Position numbers and translations under genes: made by a program. Positions 59,064 through 64,000 of a stretch of 64,000 nucleotides of DNA are shown here, in pieces. This DNA is from Syntrophales bacterium (GTDB lineage Bacteria > Desulfobacterota > Syntrophia > Syntrophales > UBA2210). The notes under the pieces are model-generated. The model ran no database searches. It had not been told where the DNA came from and worked only from the letters and a program-made list of their open reading frames with translations. The first letter of the stretch is position 1. Each line of letters starts with the position of its first letter. The DNA lies in assembly GCA_963666365.2 (NCBI GenBank), contig CAXXNF010000002.1, positions 384,001-448,000 of the forward strand, in the 5' to 3' direction.

Positions 59064-60671
59064 CTATGGGAACCAGTCCCCGATCGGCCGCATTTCGGCG
59101 CCTCCAATCAATTTGTAATGCCTTTTCAGGCCTCGAGGGTTCCGTGAATTCCGCCATGCTTTGCAATCAATGATCTTTATACGGTTTGCCCTCGTTTCTG
59201 GTTCCCAGTCTAAGGCAATATACAGGCGCGCCTTTTCACGTGAGAAATCAGCGCCCCTTCCAACGTCCTTTCCGTCGGCCTTTTGCAACCCCAGGAATGC
59301 TATTCCTTTCCTCAATTTGTCATGAATAGCACCAATCGTTAAGGCAATTTTAGAGAAGTCCTCTGCGATTTCGAGGAAGTCAACGATCCATATTGCATCT
59401 GAGCCATCAATGAAGTCCGCTGGCATCTGACTTGATTTCAGGTTGTACACCCTCATGTGACTTGCCCACTCTTCAAGTTGTGTATCTTTGAAGGCCTGCA
59501 GACGCTTTCGCATCTCATTTGCGCCCATTTCGGAATTCAGGTAAACTACTCGGCGACGCCCCAGGTTCAAATGAGCCAAGTTTAGAAGGAATGCAGTCTT
59601 TCCCGCCTCCTTGCTTCCGGCAACAACGGCAATGTTTCCGGGGTATAGAATCCCCTGCTCTGCAAGGCCCAGTGGCAAAGCAATGTCGTATTCCTTCCCG
59701 TCGGCGCTGAGAAAGTCCATTTCTTCAAAATCCTTGTCAACGCGCCGGTAAACACCCGCCTGCTTTCCATACTTTTCGATGAGCCCCTCTTCCTTGAGCC
59801 GGTGAAAGATAACCCTGATCTGCCGTTTCTCTTCCGGTGAAACGCTTTGAAACTCTCTGTGACACTCTGAAACGTTTATGAAACCCTCTTGAAACGTCAG
59901 CCAGTCACGAACCTGCTCAACAAGATTTCCATCACGCCGCTTTGCACGCTTCAATGCACTGTCAATTTTTGCATTTACTTCGCTTATCGGGAACGGTGGA
60001 TTGCATGAAAAAGCAAGTCGTTGCAATATGTTAGTGGTTAGCTCTGTTTGACATCCGCCTTTGACGAGGCAGCTCGCAATGTGAAAAAGGGTGTCATCCC
60101 GCCGCCCTTCCATGAAACGCTCTGAAACGTCTGAAACGCTTTGAAACGTAGGTGTTTCATGCCCCTTATATTTTAATTTATTTAATAAGGCATCGGGGCA
60201 CGGTGCAGGTGCAGTCTCGTGAATGCTCAGTCCTTCAAGCCACTGGTACGCCTTGCCTGTCCCATTCACAGAAGGCGGTGCGATCACGTAGCCCCCGTCC
60301 CCACGCACATCAACACCAGGGATAATGCCCGTCGCATTGCCGATGCTCTGGCCCGGAGGCATGGCGAGGTAAATGTGGTACCCCCTGGGCGTTTTTGCAA
60401 TAGCGGTGATAAACGCATCGGGCAACAGCTCCTGAATGCGCTGGTATGCTTCCTCGTTATCGCAATCGACGACGAACACCCCTGATATTGCGCCGGTCAC
60501 AACCCCGATCATCGCATTGGGCCATCGCGTCCACCAATCTTGCAGCTCCTCTGCTGTCGCTTGTCTGCTCTGGTACTGTTCCCATTTGATGAACGGGCTC
60601 TTGTCGGGCCGCACAGGGATCACGGAAAATCCCCTTCCGTTGTATTGCAAGGCTGAATCGATCATATTCAT
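59064..60671 (-). CDS. Bifunctional primase-polymerase + PriCT + P-loop (RecA-like) helicase
   Basis: VVDCD, TPRGYH, DVRGDGGYVIAPPS, EGRRDDTLF, GSKEAGKT Walker A, IVDFLE Walker B; start at 60671 (ATGA overlap). Confidence 0.9.
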   Translation of the reverse strand: MNMIDSALQYNGRGFSVIPVRPDKSPFIKWEQYQSRQATAEELQDWWTRWPNAMIGVVTGAISGVFVVDCDNEEAYQRIQELLPDAFITAIAKTPRGYHIYLAMPPGQSIGNATGIIPGVDVRGDGGYVIAPPSVNGTGKAYQWLEGLSIHETAPAPCPDALLNKLKYKGHETPTFQSVSDVSERFMEGRRDDTLFHIASCLVKGGCQTELTTNILQRLAFSCNPPFPISEVNAKIDSALKRAKRRDGNLVEQVRDWLTFQEGFINVSECHREFQSVSPEEKRQIRVIFHRLKEEGLIEKYGKQAGVYRRVDKDFEEMDFLSADGKEYDIALPLGLAEQGILYPGNIAVVAGSKEAGKTAFLLNLAHLNLGRRRVVYLNSEMGANEMRKRLQAFKDTQLEEWASHMRVYNLKSSQMPADFIDGSDAIWIVDFLEIAEDFSKIALTIGAIHDKLRKGIAFLGLQKADGKDVGRGADFSREKARLYIALDWEPETRANRIKIIDCKAWRNSRNPRGLKRHYKLIGGAEMRPIGDWFP

Positions 60672-60916
60672 ATTGCACCACCTTTTCGCAACTCGGATCG
60701 TAGCACTTTCTCTACCTTCTCGGGCGTTTCGGAATCGTTGCAGCATCGCTGGCATAGGCAGTAGCGAATTAGTCGCGTTTTATCCTCAACCCCGCCGTAC
60801 GCTGCGGGTTCGTCAGGCAGAAAGACGCCGATCACCGCCGCGGCACCGCCGCAAATGAGACATGAATCGCCATCCCGCGGGTGCTTCATCAGTTCGAGGG
60901 CCTCATTCGTCGTCAT
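60668..60916 (-). CDS. Small zinc-finger-like protein
   Basis: CLIC...YCLCQRC; coupled to the primase start. Confidence 0.7.
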   Translation of the reverse strand: MTTNEALELMKHPRDGDSCLICGGAAAVIGVFLPDEPAAYGGVEDKTRLIRYCLCQRCCNDSETPEKVEKVLRSELRKGGAI

Positions 60917-61059
60917 GATCTTCCGCGTCTCCTTTGCTAAAGGCTGTGAACATTCGGTCGCTTATCGCTTGCAGGCGAGCAGCCTCGACGTCGCTCGCCG
61001 CTTCTATATAAATCTGTTCGGGCGTCATCTGCTCGTCGAAACTGAATAATATCATACGT

Positions 61060-61257
61060 TTATCCATTGTTTTCGCCCTCCAAGATTTTCTTGATGTCGG
61101 CGAGCGGCCAGAGCAGCCGGCGGTTTGGTAATTTCACGGGTTTAATTTTTAAATAATGTCCATTGATGCAGAGTCCCCTCCGCATGGTTTCATCTTCGAC
61201 GCCCAGCATCGGCGCAGCTTCCCTTGTCGTAATGTGTGTTATCCGATTTCGTTCCAT
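61060..61257 (-). CDS. AlpA/excisionase-like DNA-binding protein
   Basis: TTREAAPMLGV...KPVKLPNRRLLWP winged-helix pattern; first gene of the replication operon. Confidence 0.75.
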   Translation of the reverse strand: MERNRITHITTREAAPMLGVEDETMRRGLCINGHYLKIKPVKLPNRRLLWPLADIKKILEGENNG

Positions 61258-61420
61258 CCCAGCACCCCCTTTTTCAGTTGATTTGACAACTATGTCTGAA
61301 TTTGGACGGAAGAAATCTTCCGTGCGACGGAAGAAACGGGGAAGAAGTTAATTAAATCGGGATGTTAAAAAAAATAAAGCCGATGAAAAAAAAGTCCACC
61401 GGCTTCAAAGAAAGGAAAAA

Positions 61421-62611
61421 TCAGGATATGATGAGCCATGCAATTGAGGCAGTATATCTTAAGCCATAGCCGCCGTCAGCAACGATGTGTTTATTAAAAT
61501 GTTCGGAGAGTTCGGGTAGTCCAGCTTTTATGTTTTTAAAACTTGCAGTAAGGGCTTTTTTTACGTTTGACTGTGCTTTCTTGGCATTTGGGTCGATCTT
61601 TTTTTCTGGCAACCCCTTCAGTTTTCGCATCATTACGTCAATTTCTTCATCAAATTCGCGCCGCTCAAAGTCGGAATCGACTTTCTCTTTCTCGGCGATG
61701 AGCTGCCGCAATTGCCTCCCCAATGCGTCGCGGCTTTCGTCGGTAAGTTCTTCAGATATACCACCAGATTTATGCAACCCTTCTGCAAGCGCCTGTGAGT
61801 CAGAGATTGCGTCGTTTTGATTAGGGTTATATAATCGATAGAGTTCCAGGCACGAGACAGATTGGCCAATCCGGTTTGGTTCCAAAAGATAAGAGATATA
61901 CCGAATCCCAGCCAAATCTTTAACAGTTGTTAGCTTGCCATCGAAGCTGATTTCCCAGTATTGACCGCATCGCTTTAGGTAGTTCCCGCTGATGTTAACC
62001 TCAACGCTCTCATCTCTTTTTTTCTCTAGGTCCCCGGGGGGTTCCGCCCCGTACAGGATTATGTGCGGTTCGTCAAGCATTACGCCCCGGTTTCCCTCGG
62101 CCAAACGTCTTGTGAAAAATATCCATTCTTTTTTATAATCGGCTCCCGGAGGGTTAAGGTAAATATCTGCGAATCTGGCGTCCATAAGTGCGAGGTACGA
62201 ATCTCTATTTTTGATCGTTTCGGAGCATTCCAGAAAATCGTAAATCGTGGTTTTCTGTGATTTCAACTGCGCGATATGCTCATTTGCGCCCTCGTACAAC
62301 TGTGCCTGAAGCGGGTGAAGTTCGCTGGTTTTCCCGTAGAGCTTTTTTTGAATCATGCGCAACTCGGCGTCGGTGCCCCCCCGTTCGACGGCTTCCTGTA
62401 AAGGGTATTCAAACGGTTTTTCCTCACCGATATCGAAGACAACGCAATATTTTACCGGGTGCTGCAAATGCCTTACCTCTGCGTAGGGGCTTGAATAGTT
62501 GTGAAGTGTAATGCTCTCAACAGTAGCAAAGTCATTGCACTTCTCGGCCCACCTCCGTGCGTACATTTCAAGCAGTTCTATCTTGAAGGGAAATTGATTC
62601 TTGTTGTCCAT
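61421..62611 (-). CDS. Hypothetical protein with a C-terminal regulator-like domain
   Basis: 396-aa ORF; YWEISFDG...KDLAGIRYISYLL...KAQSNVKKAL...LSEHF. Confidence 0.7.
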   Translation of the reverse strand: MDNKNQFPFKIELLEMYARRWAEKCNDFATVESITLHNYSSPYAEVRHLQHPVKYCVVFDIGEEKPFEYPLQEAVERGGTDAELRMIQKKLYGKTSELHPLQAQLYEGANEHIAQLKSQKTTIYDFLECSETIKNRDSYLALMDARFADIYLNPPGADYKKEWIFFTRRLAEGNRGVMLDEPHIILYGAEPPGDLEKKRDESVEVNISGNYLKRCGQYWEISFDGKLTTVKDLAGIRYISYLLEPNRIGQSVSCLELYRLYNPNQNDAISDSQALAEGLHKSGGISEELTDESRDALGRQLRQLIAEKEKVDSDFERREFDEEIDVMMRKLKGLPEKKIDPNAKKAQSNVKKALTASFKNIKAGLPELSEHFNKHIVADGGYGLRYTASIAWLIIS

Positions 62612-62641
62612 TGCGTATCCCCCCGCAATTATCCCAGGTTG

Positions 62642-62699
62642 TGAAGGGGCAGCCGGTGGGATATGTCCGGTCTTCGGGTAGCTTGCCCTATCCCCTTCA
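62642..62699 (+). ncRNA. Three-way-junction structured element resembling the int-alpA RNA motif
   Basis: TGAAGGGG [CCGG..GGA..CCGG] TCTTC [GGGTA..TGCCC] TAT CCCCTTCA, located between the integrase and the AlpA-like gene. Family match from memory; strand uncertain. Confidence 0.5.
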
Positions 62700-62717
62700 G
62701 TCTTATTGTTTTGACTG

Positions 62718-63266
62718 CTACAAAAACACCTTGTAGCTGATGTTCAGTGCCTTCCCTAGGCGCTTTGCCATTTCTTTCCCTATGGGACGTTTCCCGTTTT
62801 CCATTTCGCTGATATGCCGCTGCGGAATGCCGGTCAGTTCAGAGAGCTGAACCTGCGTCAATCCTTCCCGGTAACGTGCGCCAGCAAGCGCCTTACCGGT
62901 AAGCTCTTGTTTGGAACACTCCGGGTAAGCGTCTCGCCAAGGTGCTGCGTTCCCTGAATCATCTGATGTATCCCGACGAGACAACGTAGCTTCCACCTTT
63001 TCGGGAGGTGACCCTGGGTAATACTCGGTCTCCCACACCGGTTGAGGAACTCTCAGACCTTCTTCCGTTTTCGGATATGTTACCGATCGCTGTTTCTTCA
63101 TATGGGCGAATGCCTTTCGAAAGTAGGCGTTGTCTTCTTTCTTCTCTTGCCTTAGCTGCTCGATTTCGGAGGGTGTCAGCGTCTCGGAAACCGATGATGT
63201 ATCCAGCTTCCGCCGCAGTGAGGGTGCCTGGTTCGAATGCGGAACTTCCTTTGATTTCATGTCCAA
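62718..63266 (-). CDS. Xre/HigA-like HTH protein with an unrelated N-terminal extension
   Basis: ARYREGLTQVQLSELTGIPQRHISEMENGKRPIG; GGAGG RBS. Confidence 0.8.
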   Translation of the reverse strand: MDMKSKEVPHSNQAPSLRRKLDTSSVSETLTPSEIEQLRQEKKEDNAYFRKAFAHMKKQRSVTYPKTEEGLRVPQPVWETEYYPGSPPEKVEATLSRRDTSDDSGNAAPWRDAYPECSKQELTGKALAGARYREGLTQVQLSELTGIPQRHISEMENGKRPIGKEMAKRLGKALNISYKVFL

Positions 63267-63275
63267 TCCTCCTTT

Positions 63276-64000
63276 TTAGCCTCCTGCTACTTCCTCAAAC
63301 CGAATCACCTTCTTTTCTTCCTCGCCGCTGGTGATTTTCTTTAAATACCGCTCCCACTTCACCAGAGCGGCCCTTTTCTCTTTTGTGTATTCGTGCCGGT
63401 CATAATGAACGGCCTGTACTCCACTGATACCGTGACTTAAAAGCTGCGCTCGTATATCGCGGTTTATACCCATGCCGGCCAGCATGGTTTCACAGGTGCG
63501 CCGGATATCGAGAAGGTTGAAGGCCTCGCCGCCCATAGCGGTGGATATTTCTGTTACTCGCTTTCCCGGGTAACTGAGATTGATTACAGTGTTCACCGCT
63601 GAGGGAAAAAGCAGGGTTACGCCCTTGGCTTCAGAACGCTTCACAAGTCCGTCAACAATGCCAGCGGCAATTGGCGCAAGAGGCAACAGATGTTCTCGTG
63701 GGCTTTTTCTCTTGCCTTTGGGGTCAGTGAGTCTGAGGGTTTTTGTTTCTTCGTTCCAGTCGGTAACCTCTACTCGTAACAGTTGAGCCATTCTTTGGCC
63801 GCCTGCATAAAGGGTGATCCTTAACGTTTGGTCGATAAGATCATCGTTCAGGGATTCAATGTACTTCTTCAGTTCTTCCCTTGTGAGCGTTCGATTCCTC
63901 GCTTTAACCGGAATAGTGGGCACTACTGTGACGGGATTTGATTCAACATCGAAGGGAATGAAAGAAGAGGGCAAGGCAGCCGATACGGGGGCTTTCATCG
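63276..64000 (-). CDS. int: Island tyrosine integrase, C-terminal part (runs off window end)
   Basis: GGQR, KGK, LLDIRRT (HxxR box with His replaced), LLSHG...HYDRHEY...KRAAL..W, typical of P4-like integrases. Confidence 0.9.
   Translation of the reverse strand, partial: MKAPVSAALPSSFIPFDVESNPVTVVPTIPVKARNRTLTREELKKYIESLNDDLIDQTLRITLYAGGQRMAQLLRVEVTDWNEETKTLRLTDPKGKRKSPREHLLPLAPIAAGIVDGLVKRSEAKGVTLLFPSAVNTVINLSYPGKRVTEISTAMGGEAFNLLDIRRTCETMLAGMGINRDIRAQLLSHGISGVQAVHYDRHEYTKEKRAALVKWERYLKKITSGEEEKKVIRFEEVAGG

Larger units (their letters stand above)
28343..64000 (-). mobile_element. Composite genomic island with a satellite-like core, adjacent to tRNA-Arg (right end beyond window)
   Basis: Housekeeping genes stop at the tRNA; then IS elements, attC cassettes, mosaic cargo and an integrase/primase core. 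The second att copy is not in the window. Confidence 0.85.

Noticed and set aside
28343..64000. Diversity-generating retroelement or retron as the source of the variable repeats
   Set aside because: No reverse transcriptase ORF is present, and the variation is compensatory rather than adenine-specific.

Overview
The window has two parts. Bases 1-28.3 kb are ordinary chromosomal housekeeping DNA (ligA, EF-G paralogue, carD-yacL-ispD-ispF, pgk, truA, rfbD, mutL-miaA, valS, nadC-birA-coaX, trmFO-topA-dprA). Its proteins look deltaproteobacterial, possibly Syntrophales-like (inference). A tRNA-Arg(TCT) at 28266-28342 is followed by a composite genomic island that runs past the window end, with nearly all non-IS genes on the minus strand. 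The island's right end is a capsid-less, phage-satellite-like core: tyrosine integrase, Xre HTH, AlpA-like gene, primase-polymerase/helicase with intragenic iteron-like repeats, and a DUF3102-like gene. The rest is three stacked cargo blocks, each capped by a copy of a ~290-480 bp repeat. Cargo includes a Liv-type ABC transporter with an acyl-CoA synthetase, secreted mosaic proteins, a TerB-like two-gene cassette, and IS21, IS630 and IS66 elements. Two signals stand out. (1) A tyrosine recombinase + IS91 (HUH/Y2) transposase module with 15-bp inverted ends heads arrays of attC-bounded gene cassettes, with no canonical IntI in the window; the module itself follows the cassette end-pairing rule. 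(2) Twelve variant 25-bp palindromes, which show compensatory base changes, match one short segment of the DUF3102-like gene and lie in a tandem array and as dispersed silent fragments. All family assignments come from motif recognition by eye, not database searches.
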